47,199 nucleotides of DNA from Nemertoderma westbladi (taxonomy: Eukaryota; Animalia; Xenacoelomorpha): contig JAUCBJ010003477.1 in assembly GCA_032718475.1 (NCBI GenBank), positions 1 through 47,199 on the forward strand. Reading direction: 5' to 3'. Positions 1 through 13,800 of this stretch are shown piece by piece (position 1 is the first letter of the stretch; each line of letters opens with the position of its first letter). A program made the translations under genes and the position numbers. A model generated the notes under the pieces. The model saw only the letters and a list, made by a program, of their open reading frames with translations. It did not search any database and was not told the origin of the DNA.

Positions 1-3000
1 AACTGAGGAATAAAGGTTAGGACATCAGTTAAACTAACCGAGGAACAAGGTTTGGACAACGGTTGAACTAATTGAGAAACAATGGTTAGGGCAGCGGTTG
101 ATCCAACCGAGAAACAAAGGTTAGCACAGCAGTTAAACTAACTGAGGAACAAAGTTTAGGACATCAGTTAAACTAACCGAGGAACAAGGTTAGGATAGCG
201 GTTAAACTAACCGAGAAACAAAGGTTTGGACAGCGGTTAAACTAACTGAGGAACAAAGGTTATGATAGCGGTTAAACTAACTGGGGAACAAAGGTTAGGG
301 CAGCGGTTAAACTAACTGAGGATCATAGGTTAGGACAGCGCGGTTAAACTAACGGAGAAACAAGGTTAGCACATCAGTTAAACTAACTGAGGAACAAAGT
401 TTAGGATATCAGTTAAACTAACCGACGAACAAGGTTAGGACAGCGGTTGAACTAATTGAGAAACAATGGTTAGGGCAGCGGTTGATCCAATCGAGAAACA
501 AAGGTTAGCACAGCAGTTAAACTAACTGAGGAACAAAGTTTAGGACATCAGTTAAACTAACTGAGGGACAAAGGTACGGACAGCAGTTAAGCTAACTGAG
601 AAACAAGGTTAGGACAGCGGTTAAACTAACCGAGAAACAAGGTTAGGACAACAGTTAAACTAACTGAGGAACAAAGGTTAGGACAGCGGTTAAACTAACT
701 GAGGAACAAAGTTTAGGACAGCGGATAAACTAACTGAGGAACAAAGGCTAGGACAGCGGTTACACCAACTGAGGAACAAAGGTTAGGACAGCAGTTAAAA
801 TAACTGAAGAACAAAGTTTAGGACATCAGATAAACCAACCGAGAAACAAAGGTTAGGACAGCGGTTAAACTAACTGAGGAACAAGGTTAGGATAGCGGTT
901 AAACTAACTGGGGAACAAAGGTTAGGGCAGCGGTTAAACTAACTGAGGATCAAGGTTAGGACAGCGGTTGAACTAATTGAGAAACAATGGTTAGGGCAGC
1001 GGTTGATCCAACCGAGAAACAAAGGTTAGCACAGCAGTTAAACTAACTGAGAAACAAGGTTAGGGCAGCAGTGACACTAACTGAGTAACAAAGGTTAGGA
1101 CAGCGGTTGAACTAATTGAGAAACAATGGTTAGGGCAGCGGTTGATCCAACCGAGAAACAAAGGTTAGCACAGCAGTTAAACTAACTGAGAAACAAGGTT
1201 AGGGCAGCAGTGACACTAACTGAGTAACAAAGGTTAGGACAGCGGTTGAACTAATTGAGAAACAATGGTTAAGGCAGCGGTTGATCCAACCGAGAAACAA
1301 AGGTTAGCACAGCAATTAAACTAACTGAGAAACAAGGTTAGGGCAGCAGTGACACTAACTGAGGAACAAAGGTTAGGACAGCGGTTACACCAACTGAGGA
1401 ACAAAGGTTAGGATAGCGGTTAAACTAACTGGGGAACAAAGGTTAGGGCAGCGGTTAAACTAACTGAGGATCATAGGTTAGGACAGCGCGGTTAAACCAA
1501 CCGAGAAACAAAGGTTAGGACAGCGGTTAAACTAATTGAGAAACAATGGTTAGGGCAGCGGTTGATCCAACCGAGAAACAAAGGTTAGCACAGCAGTTAA
1601 ACTAACTGAGGAACAAAGTTTAGGACATCAGTTAAACTAACCGAGGAACAAGGTTAGGATAGCGGTTAAACTAACCGAGAAACAAAGGTTTGGACAGCGG
1701 TTAAACTAACTGAGGAACAAAGGTTAGGATAGCGGTTAAACTAACTGGGGAACAAAGGTTAGGGCAGCGGTTAAACTAACTGAGGATCATAGGTTAGGAC
1801 AGCGCGGTTAAACTAACGGAGAAACAAGGTTAGCACATCAGTTAAACTAACTGAGGAACAAAGTTTAGGACATCAGTTAAACTAACCGAGGAACAAGGTT
1901 AGGACAGCGGTTGAACTAATTGAGAAACAATGGTTAGGGCAGCGGTTGATCCAATCGAGAAACAAAGGTTAGCACAGCAGTTAAACTAACTGAGGAACAA
2001 AGTTTAGGACATCAGTTAAACTAACTGAGAAACAAGGTTAGGACAGCGGTTAAACTAACCGAGAAACAAGGTTAGGACAACAGTTAAACTAACTGAGGAA
2101 CAAAGGTTAGGACAGCAGTTTTTTAAAATAACTGAGAAACAAAGGTTAGGACAGCGGTTAAACTAACTGAGGAATAAAGGTTAGGACATCAGTTAAACTA
2201 ACCGAGGAACAAGGTTTGGACAACGGTTGAACTAATTGAGAAACAATGGTTAGGGCAGCGGTTGATCCAACCGAGAAACAAAGGTTAGCACAGCAGTTAA
2301 ACTAACTGAGAAACAAGGTTAGGGCAGCAGTGACACTAACTGAGGAACAAAGGTTAGGACAGCGGTTACACCAACTGAGGAACAAAGGTTAGGATAGCGG
2401 TTAAACTAACTGGGGAACAAAGGTTAGGGCAGCGGTTAAACTAACTGAGGATCATAGGTTAGGACAGCGCGGTTAAACCAACCGAGAAACAAAGGTTAGG
2501 ACAGCGGTTGAACTAATTGAGAAACAATGGTTAGGGCAGCGGTTGATCCAACCGAGAAACAAAGGTTAGCACAGCAGTTAAACTAACTGAGGAACAAAGT
2601 TTAGGACATCAGTTAAACTAACCGAGGAACAAGGTTAGGATAGCGGTTAAACTAACCGAGAAACAAAGGTTTGGACAGCGGTTAAACTAACTGAGGAACA
2701 AGGTTAGGATAGCGGTTAAACTAACTGGGGAACAAAGTTTAGGACATCAGTTAAACTAACTGAGGGACAAAGGTTACGACAGCAGTTAAGCTAACTGAGA
2801 AACAAGGTTAGGACAGCGGTTAAACTAACCGAGAAACAAGGTTAGGACAACAGTTAAACTAACTGAGGAACAAAGGTTAGGAAAGCAGTTTTTTAAAATA
2901 ACTGAGAAACAAAGGTTAGGACAGCGGTTAAACTAACTGAGGAATAAAGGTTAGGACATCAGTTAAACTAACCGAGGAACAAGGTTTGGACAATGGTTGA

Positions 3001-6000
3001 ACTAATTGAGAAACAATGGTTAGGGCAGCGGTTGATCCAACCGAGAAACAAAGGTTAGCACAGCAGTTAAACTAACTGAGGAACAAAGTTTAGGACATCA
3101 GCTAAACTAACCGAGGAACAAGGTTAGGATAGCGGTTAAACTAACCGAGAAACAAAGGTTTGGACAGCGGTTAAACTAACTGAGGAACAAAGGTTATGAT
3201 AGCGGTTAAACTAACTGGGGAACAAAGGTTAGGGCAGCGGTTAAACTAACTGAGGATCATAGGTTAGGACAGCGCGGTAAAACTAACGGAGAAACAAGGT
3301 TAGCACATCAGTTAAACTAACTGAGGAACAAAGTTTAGGATATCAGTTAAACTAACCGACGAACAAGGTTAGGACAGCGGTTGAACTAATTGAGAAACAA
3401 TGGTTAGGGCAGCGGTTGATCCAATCGAGAAACAAAGGTTAGCACAGCAGTTAAACTAACTGAGGAACAAAGTTTAGGACATCAGTTAAACTAACTGAGG
3501 GACAAAGGTTAGGACAGCAGTTAAGCTAACTGAGAAACAAGGTTAGGACAGCGGTTAAACTAACCGAGAAACAAGGTTAGGACAACAGTTAAACTAACTG
3601 AGGAACAAAGGTTAGGACAGCGGTTAAACTAACTGAGGAACAAAGTTTAGGACAGCGGATAAACTAACTGAGGAACAAAGGTTTGGACGCCGGTTAAACT
3701 AACTGAGGAACAAAGGTTAGGACAGCGGTTAAACTAACTGGGGAATAAAGGTTAGGACAGCGGTTAAACTAACTGAGGAATAAAGGTTAGGACAGCGGTT
3801 AAACTAACTGAGGAACAAGGGTAGGACAACAGTTAAAATAACTGAGGAACAAAGGTTAGGACAGCAGTTTTTTAAACTAACTGAGAAACAAAGGTTAGGA
3901 CAGCAGTTTTTTAAACTAACTGAGAAACAAAGGTTAGGACAGCGGTTACACCAACTGAGGAACAAAGGTTAGGACACCGGTTAAACTAACTGAGGAACAA
4001 AGTTTAGAACATCAGTTAAACCAACCGAGAAACAAAGGTTAGCACAGCAGTTAAACTAACTGAGGAACAAAGTTTAGGACATAAGTTAAACTAACCGAGA
4101 AACAAAGGTTAGGACAGCGGTTAAACTAACTGAGGAACAAGGGTAGGACAACAGTTAAAATAACTGAGGAACAAGGTTAGGACAGCGGTTAAATTAACTG
4201 AGGAACAAGGTTAGGACAGCAGTTAAACGTACTGAGTATACAAAGGTTGGGACACCGGTTAAACTAACTGAGGAACAAGGTTAGGACAGCGGTTAAACTA
4301 ACTAAGGATCAAAGGTTAGGACAGCAGTTCAATTAACTGGGGAACAAAGTTTAGGACATCAGTTAAACCAACCGAGAAACAAGGTTAGGACAGCGGTTGA
4401 ACTAATTGAGAAACAATGGTTAGGGCAGCGGTTGATCCAACCGAGAAACAAAGGTTAGCACAGCAGTTACACTAACTGAGAAACAAGGTTAGGGCATCAG
4501 TGACACTAACTGAGTAACAAAGGTTAGGACAGCGGTTGAACTAATTGAGAAACAATGGTTAGGGCAGCGGTTGATCCAACCGAGAAACAAAGGTTAGCAC
4601 AGCAGTTAAACTAACTGAGAAACAAGGTTAGGGCAGCAGTGACACTAACTGAGTAACAAAGGTTAGGACAGCGGTTGAACTAATTGAGAAACAATGGTTA
4701 AGGCAGCGGTTGATCCAACCGAGAAACAAAGGTTAGCACAGCAGTTAAACCAACTGAGAAACAAGGTTAGGGCAGCAGTGACACTAACTGAGGAACAAAG
4801 GTTAGGACAGCGGTTACACCAACTGAGGAACAAAGGTTAGGATAGCGGTTAAACTAACTGGGGAACAAAGGTTAGGGCAGCGGTTAAACTAACTGAGGAT
4901 CATAGGTTAGGACAGCGCGGTTAAACCAACCGAGAAACAAAGGTTAGGACAGCGGTTGAACTAATTGAGAAACAATGGTTAGGGCAGCGGTTGATCCAAC
5001 CGAGAAACAAAGGTTAGAGCACAGCAGTTAAACTAACTGAGGAACAAAGTTTAGGACATCAGTTAAACTAACCGAGGAACAAGGTTAGGATAGCGGTTAA
5101 ACTAACCGAGAAACAAAGGTTTGGACAGCGGTTAAACTAACTGAGGAACAAAGGTTAGGATAGCGGTTAAACTAACTGGGGAACAAAGGTTAGGGCAGCG
5201 GTTAAACTAACTGAGGATCATAGGTTAGGACAGCGCGGTTAAACTAACTGAGGAACAAAGTTTAGGACATCAGTTAAACTAACCGAGGAACAAAGTTTAG
5301 GACATCAGTTAAACTAACCGAGGAACAAGGTTAGGATAGCGGTTAAACTAACCGAGAAACAAAGGTTTGGACAGCGGTTAAACTAACCGAGAAACAAAGG
5401 TTTGGACAGCGGTTAAACTAACTGGGGAACAAAGGTTAGGGCAGCGGTTAAACTAACTGAGGATCATAGGTTAGGACAGCGCGGTTAAACTAACGGAGAA
5501 ACAAGGTTAGCACATCAGTTAAACTAACTGAGGTACAAAGTTTAGGACATCAGTTAAACTAACCGAGGAACAAGGTTAGGACAGCGGTTGAACTAATTGA
5601 GAAACAATGGTTAGGGCAGCGGTTGATCCAATCGAGAAACAAAGGTTAGCACAGCAGTTAAACTAACTGAGGAACAAAGTTTAGGACATCAGTTAAACTA
5701 ACTGAGGGACAAAGGTTAGGACAGCAGTTAAGCTAACTGAGAAACAAGGTTAGGACAGCGGTTAAACTAACCGAGAAACAAGGTTAGGACAACAGTTAAA
5801 CTAACTGAGGAACAAAGGTTAGGACAGCAGTTTTTTAAAATAACTGAGAAACAAAGGTTAGGACAGCGGTTAAACTAACTGAGGAATAAAGGTTAGGACA
5901 TCAGTTAAACTAACCGAGGAACAAGGTTTGGACAACGGTTGAACTAATTGAGAAACAATGGTTAGGGCAGCGGTTGATCCAACCGAGAAACAAAGGTTAG

Positions 6001-9000
6001 CACAGCAGTTAAACTAACTGAGGAACAAAGTTTAGGACATCAGTTAAACTAACCGAGGAACAAGGTTAGGATAGCGGTTAAACTAACCGAGAAACAAAGG
6101 TTTGGACAGCGGTTAAACTAACTGAGGAACAAAGGTTATGATAGCGGTTAAACTAACTGGGGAACAAAGGTTAGGGCAGCGGTTAAACTAACTGAGGATC
6201 ATAGGTTAGGACAGCGCGGTTAAACTAACGGAGAAACAAGGTTAGCACATCAGTTAAACTAACTGAGGAACAAAGTTTAGGATATCAGTTAAACTAACCG
6301 ACGAACAAGGTTAGGACAGCGGTTGAACTAATTGAGAAACAATGGTTAGGGCAGCGGTTGATCCAATCGAGAAACAAAGGTTAGCACAGCAGTTAAACTA
6401 ACTGAGGAACAAAGTTTAGGACATCAGTTAAACTAACTGAGGGACAAAGGTACGGACAGCAGTTAAGCTAACTGAGAAACAAGGTTAGGACAGCGGTTAA
6501 ACTAACCGAGAAACAAGGTTAGGACAACAGTTAAACTAACTGAGGAACAAAGGTTAGGACAGCGGTTAAACTAACTGAGGAACAAAGTTTAGGACAGCGG
6601 ATAAACTAACTGAGGAACAAAGGCTAGGACAGCGGTTACACCAACTGAGGAACAAAGGTTAGGACAGCAGTTAAAATAACTGAAGAACAAAGTTTAGGAC
6701 ATCAGATAAACCAACCGAGAAACAAAGGTTAGGACAGCGGTTAAACTAACTGAGGAACAAGGTTAGGATAGCGGTTAAACTAACTGGGGAACAAAGGTTA
6801 GGGCAGCGGTTAAACTAACTGAGGATCAAGGTTAGGACAGCGGTTGAACTAATTGAGAAACAATGGTTAGGGCAGCGGTTGATCCAACCGAGAAACAAAG
6901 GTTAGCACAGCAGTTAAACTAACTGAGAAACAAGGTTAGGGCAGCAGTGACACTAACTGAGTAACAAAGGTTAGGACAGCGGTTGAACTAATTGAGAAAC
7001 AATGGTTAGGGCAGCGGTTGATCCAACCGAGAAACAAAGGTTAGCACAGCAGTTAAACTAACTGAGAAACAAGGTTAGGGCAGCAGTGACACTAACTGAG
7101 TAACAAAGGTTAGGACAGCGGTTGAACTAATTGAGAAACAATGGTTAAGGCAGCGGTTGATCCAACCGAGAAACAAAGGTTAGCACAGCAATTAAACTAA
7201 CTGAGAAACAAGGTTAGGGCAGCAGTGACACTAACTGAGGAACAAAGGTTAGGACAGCGGTTACACCAACTGAGGAACAAAGGTTAGGATAGCGGTTAAA
7301 CTAACTGGGGAACAAAGGTTAGGGCAGCGGTTAAACTAACTGAGGATCATAGGTTAGGACAGCGCGGTTAAACCAACCGAGAAACAAAGGTTAGGACAGC
7401 GGTTAAACTAATTGAGAAACAATGGTTAGGGCAGCGGTTGATCCAACCGAGAAACAAAGGTTAGCACAGCAGTTAAACTAACTGAGGAACAAAGTTTAGG
7501 ACATCAGTTAAACTAACCGAGGAACAAGGTTAGGATAGCGGTTAAACTAACCGAGAAACAAAGGTTTGGACAGCGGTTAAACTAACTGAGGAACAAAGGT
7601 TAGGATAGCGGTTAAACTAACTGGGGAACAAAGGTTAGGGCAGCGGTTAAACTAACTGAGGATCATAGGTTAGGACAGCGCGGTTAAACTAACGGAGAAA
7701 CAAGGTTAGCACATCAGTTAAACTAACTGAGGAACAAAGTTTAGGACATCAGTTAAACTAACCGAGGAACAAGGTTAGGACAGCGGTTGAACTAATTGAG
7801 AAACAATGGTTAGGGCAGCGGTTGATCCAATCGAAAAACAAAGGTTAGCACAGCAGTTAAACTAACTGAGGAACAAAGTTTAGGACATCAGTTAAACTAA
7901 CTGAGGGACAAAGGTTAGGACAGCAGTTAAGCTAACTGAGAAACAAGGTTAGGACAGCGGTTAAACTAACCGAGAAACAAGGTTAGGACAACAGTTAAAC
8001 TAACTGAGGAACAAAGGTTAGGACAGCAGTTTTTTAAAATAACTGAGAAACAAAGGTTAGGACAGCGGTTAAACTAACTGAGGAATAAAGGTTAGGACAT
8101 CAGTTAAACTAACCGAGGAACAAGGTTTGGACAACGGTTGAACTAATTGAGAAACAATGGTTAGGGCAGCGGTTGATCCAACCGAGAAACAAAGGTTAGC
8201 ACAGCAGTTAAACTAACTGAGGAACAAAGTTTAGGACATCAGTTAAACTAACCGAGGAACAAGGTTAGGATAGCGGTTAAACTAACCGAGAAACAAAGGT
8301 TTGGACAGCGGTTAAACTAACTGAGGAACAAAGGTTATGATAGCGGTTAAACTAACTGGGGAACAAAGGTTAGGGCAGCGGTTAAACTAACTGAGGATCA
8401 TAGGTTAGGACAGCGCGGTTAAACTAACGGAGAAACAAGGTTAGCACATCAGTTAAACTAACTGAGGAACAAAGTTTAGGATATCAGTTAAACTAACCGA
8501 CGAACAAGGTTAGGACAACGGTTGAACTAATTGAGAAACAATGGTTAGGGCAGCGGTTGATCCAATCGAGAAACAAAGGTTAGCACAGCAGTTAAACTAA
8601 CTGAGGAACAAAGTTTAGGACATCAGTTAAACTAACTGAGGGACAAAGGTTAGGACAGCAGTTAAGCTAACTGAGAAACAAGGTTAGGACAGCGGTTAAA
8701 CTAACCGAGAAACAAGGTTAGGACAACAGTTAAACTAACTGAGGAACAAAGGTTAGGACAGCGGTTAAACTAACTGAGGAACAAAGTTTAGGACAGCGGA
8801 TAAACTAACTGAGGAACAAAGGTTTGGACGCCGGTTAAACTAACTGAGGAACAAAGGTTAGGACAGCGGTTAAACTAACTGGGGAATAAAGGTTAGGACA
8901 GCGGTTAAACTAACTGAGGAATAAAGGTTAGGACAGCGGTTAAACTAACTGAGGAACAAGGGTAGGACAACAGTTAAAATAACTGAGGAACAAAGGTTAG

Positions 9001-9765
9001 GACAGCAGTTTTTTAAACTAACTGAGAAACAAAGGTTAGGACAGCAGTTTTTTAAACTAACTGAGAAACAAAGGTTAGGACAGCGGTTACACCAACTGAG
9101 GAACAAAGGTTAGGACACCGGTTAAACTAACTGAGGAACAAAGTTTAGAACATCAGTTAAACCAACCGAGAAACAAAGGTTAGCACAGCAGTTAAACTAA
9201 CTGAGGAACAAAGTTTAGGACATAAGTTAAACTAACCGAGAAACAAAGGTTAGGACAGCGGTTAAACTAACTGAGGAACAAGGGTAGGACAACAATTAAA
9301 ATAACTGAGGAACAAGGTTAGGACAGCGGTTAAATTAACTGAGGAACAAGGTTAGGACAGCAGTTAAACGTACTGAGTATACAAAGGTTGGGACACCGGT
9401 TAAACTAACTGAGGAACAAGGTTAGGACACCGGTTAAACTAACTGAGGAACAAGGTTAGGACAGCAGTTACACTAACTGAGTAACAAAGGTTAGGACAGC
9501 AGTTCAATTAACTGGGGAACAAAGTTTAGGACATCAGTTAAACCAACCGAGAAACAAGGTTAGGACAGCGGTTGAACTAATTGAGAAACAATGGTTAGGG
9601 CAGCGGTTGATCCAACCGAGAAACAAAGGTTAGCACAGCAGTTACACTAACTGAGAAACAAGGTTAGGGCATCAGTGACACTAACTGAGTAACAAAGGTT
9701 AGGACAGCGGTTGAACTAATTGAGAAACAATGGTTAGGGCAGCGGTTGATCCAACCGAGAAACAA

Positions 9766-10849
9766 CTACTACTACTATGATCGGCATGCTGCATTGCAGC
9801 TGCATTTTTAAGAATGCTGTGCCGGCTTGTCAACAAAATTGCACCGCCACAACTCCCTATCACCCATGACATTTGCTAGATCATCCGCATCTTTAAGGCC
9901 AGTGTCCTTTAAGATGCGTCTCAAGAAAGTCATAGGCTGTCCACCATGCTTATTCACTCCATGAGGCTGCCAAAGTACAAGATTATGCACTGGCTGGTCC
10001 TCACGGCGAAAGCAATGTCCTGCAAAGCGGAGGCGATTTTGTTCTAGTGTCAAGCTTGGGGGAACCAATGAGACACCTCCAATGTTATATAGTGTCTGGT
10101 TGGAGATGTGTGCATTGTACTTGACACAATGTACCCGGCGTAGCATTCTTGTGAATGTGCCATCCAGAGATTTGGTGTCCTCAGCAGTTAGAGCCCAGCA
10201 TGGACTCCCATAGAGGAGTACTGGAACTACTGCTGCTCTAAATAATCGGACCTTAAGTTTCCGATTAATTCTAGGTGACTTCCAAATCCTGGAAAGCCTA
10301 TTCAAGGCTGCCCATGCCTTTCCCTTACGTATTCGAAGGTCCTCACCTGACTTCCGGATCCATGATCCCAGGTAACAGAAGTCGTCCACATGCTCAAGCA
10401 TACCATCCTTTGAGCTTATGCTCATCCGGTCAGAGACTTGCTGAGGACTTTCAAAGTTAACTGTCAGAATTTTGGTCTTTCTGGAGTTAATAAAAAGACC
10501 CACACTAGAAGCAGCATGTTCTAACGAGCTGAGGAGCCGCTGGGCTCCCTCTAATGATTCTGAGAGTACTCCTAAGTCATCAGCAAAGTCTAGATCAGTT
10601 AGGTACTTGGCAGGATTTCCTCGACTTCTGGAGCCAGTAGGTGGAGTTATCATCATCCCATCATCATTATGATGATCTAAGGACATGCGTAGAACATAGT
10701 CAACCACAATAATGAACAAGAATGGTGCAAGTGTGTCTCCTTGGAGGACGCCCCATAACACTTCAAATGGTTCTGTGTCACCGTCAACAGTAGACACAAA
10801 TGTTGTCGAACCATCGTATACTGATCTGATTGCTGCAATAATTTCATTT
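9766..10849 (-). mobile_element. 5'-truncated RTE-clade non-LTR retrotransposon inserted in the satellite
   Basis: TSD CCGAGAAACAA at 9755-9765 and 10850-10860. (TAG)4 tail on the minus strand at 9766-9777, very short 3' UTR, and an RT ORF with RTE-like motifs. Confidence 0.93.
9808..10849 (-). CDS. C-terminal part of a LINE reverse transcriptase (partial, no native start)
   Basis: Motifs GVLQGDTLAPFLF, DLDFADD, DFCYLGS and LRFAGH in an uninterrupted frame. The TTG start given in the ORF track lies inside the TSD. Confidence 0.88.
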
Positions 10850-13800
10850 CCGAGAAACAAAGGTTAGCACAGCAGTTAAACTAACTGAGAAACAAGGTTA
10901 GGGCAGCAGTGACACTAACTGAGTAACAAAGGTTAGGACAGCGGTTGAACTAATTGAGAAACAATGGTTAGGGCAGCGGTTGATCCAACCGAGAAACAAA
11001 GGTTAGCACAGCAGTTAAACTAACTGAGAAACAAGGTTAGGGCAGCAGTGACACTAACTGAGTAACAAAGGTTAGGACAGCGGTTGAACTAATTGAGAAA
11101 CAATGGTTAAGGCAGCGGTTGATCCAACCGAGAAACAAAGGTTAGCACAGCAGTTAAACCAACTGAGAAACAAGGTTAGGGCAGCAGTGACACTAACTGA
11201 GGAACAAAGGTTAGGACAGCGGTTACACCAACTGAGAAACAAAGGTTAGGATAGCGGTTAAACTAACTGGGGAACAAAGGTTAGGGCAGCGGTTAAACTA
11301 ACTGAGGATCATAGGTTAGGACAGCGCGGTTAAACCAACCGAGAAACAAAGGTTAGGACAGCGGTTGAACTAATTGAGAAACAATGGTTAGGGCAGCGGT
11401 TGATCCAACCGAGAAACAAAGGTTAGCACAGCAGTTAAACTAACTGAGGAACAAAGTTTAGGACATCAGTTAAACTAACCGAGGAACAAGGTTAGGATAG
11501 CGGTTAAACTAACCGAGAAACAAAGGTTTGGACAGCGGTTAAACTAACTGAGGAACAAAGGTTAGGATAGCGGTTAAACTAACTGGGGAACAAAGGTTAG
11601 GGCAGCGGTTAAACTAACTGAGGATCATAGGTTAGGACAGCGCGGTTAAACTAACGGAGAAACAAGGTTAGCACATCAGTTAAACTAACTGAGGAACAAA
11701 GTTTAGGACATCAGTTAAACTAACCGAGGAACAAGGTTAGGACAGCGGTTGAACTAATTGAGAAACAATGGTTAGGGCAGCGGTTGATCCAATCGAGAAA
11801 CAAAGGTTAGCACAGCAGTTAAACTAACTGAGGAACAAAGTTTAGGACATCAGTTAAACTAACTGATGGACAAAGGTTAGGACAGCAGTTAAGCTAACTG
11901 AGAAACAAGGTTAGGACAGCGGTTAAACTAACCGAGAAACAAGGTTAGGACAACAGTTAAACTAACTGAGGAACAAAGGTTAGGACAGCAGTTTTTTAAA
12001 ATAACTGAGAAACAAAGGTTAGGACAGCGGTTAAACTAACTGAGGAATAAAGGTTAGGACATCAGTTAAACTAACCGAGGAACAAGGTTTGGACAACGGT
12101 TGAACTAATTGAGAAACAATGGTTAGGGCAGCGGTTGATCCAACCGAGAAACAAAGGTTAGCACAGCAGTTAAACTAACTGAGGAACAAAGTTTAGGACA
12201 TCAGTTAAACTAACCGAGGAACAAGGTTAGGATAGCGGTTAAACTAACCGAGAAACAAAGGTTTGGACAGCGGTTAAACTAACTGAGGAACAAAGGTTAT
12301 GATAGCGGTTAAACTAACTGGGGAACAAAGGTTAGGGCAGCGGTTAAACTAACTGAGGATCATAGGTTAGGACAGCGCGGTTAAACTAACTGAGGAACAA
12401 AGTTTAGAACATCAGTTAAACCAACCGAGAAACAAAGGTTAGCACAGCAGTTAAAATAACTGAGGAACAAAGTTTAGGACATAAGTTAAACTAACCGAGA
12501 AACAAAGGTTAGGACAGCGGTTAAACTAACTGAGGAACAAGGGTAGGACAACAGTTAAAATAACTGAGGAACAAGGTTAGGACAGCGGTTAAATTAACTG
12601 AGGAACAAGGTTAGGACAGCAGTTAAACGTACTGAGTATACAAAGGTTGGGACACCGGTTAAACTAACTGAGGAACAAGGTTAGGACAGCGGTTAAACTA
12701 ACTAAGGATCAAAGGTTAGGACAGCAGTTCAATTAATTGGGGAACAAAGTTTAGGACATCAGTTAAACCAACCGAGAAACAAAGGTTAGGACACCGGTTA
12801 AATTAACTGAGGAACAAGGTTAGGACAGCAGTTAAACGTACTGAGTATACAAAGGTTGGGACACCGGTTAAACTAACTGAGGAACAAGGTTAGGACAGCG
12901 GTTAAACTAACTGATGAACAACGGTTGGGACAGCGGTTACACCAACTGAGGAACAAAGTTTAGGACATCAGTTAAACTAACCGAGAAACAAGGTTAGGAC
13001 AGCGGTTACACCAACTGAGGAACAAGGTTAGGACAGCGGTTAAACTAACTGAGTAACAAAGGTTGGGACACCGGTTAAACTAACTGATGAACAAAGGTTA
13101 GGACAGCAGTTAAACTAACTGAGAAACAAGGTTAGGACAGCGGTTAAACTAACAGAGAAACAAAGGTTAGGATAGCGGTTAAACTAACTGGGGAATAAAG
13201 GTTAGGACAGCGGTTAAACTAACCGAGAAACAAAGTTTAGGACATCAGTTAAACCAACCGAGAAACAAAGGTTAGGATAGCGGTTAAACTAACTGAGGAA
13301 CAAAGGTTAGGGCAGCGGTTAAACTAACTGAGAAACAAAGTTTGGACATCAGTTACACTAACTGAGTAACAAAGGTTGAGATATTGGTTAAACTAACTGA
13401 GAAACAAGGTTAGGGCAGCAGTTACACTAACTGAGTAACAAAGGTTGAGATATTGGTTAAACTAACCGAGAAACAAGATTGGGACAGCAGTTAAACTAAC
13501 TGAGGCACAAAGGTTAGGACAGCGGTTAAACTAACTGAGAAACAAGGTTAGGACAGCGGTTAAACTAACTGTGAAACAAGGTTAGGGCAGCAGTTACACT
13601 AACTGTGGAATAAAGGTTAGGACAACGGTTAAACTAACCGAGAAACAAGGTTAGGGCAGCAGTTACACTAACTGAGTAACAAAGGTTGAGATATTGGTTA
13701 AACTAACTGAGAAACAAGGTTAGGGCAGCAGTTACACTAACTGAGGAATAAAGGTTAGGACAACGGTTAAACTAACCGAGAAACAAGGTTAGGGCAGCAG

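Noticed and set aside
10850-10860. TTG start of the 350-aa RT ORF
   Set aside because: It lies in the duplicated satellite target site, not in the element.
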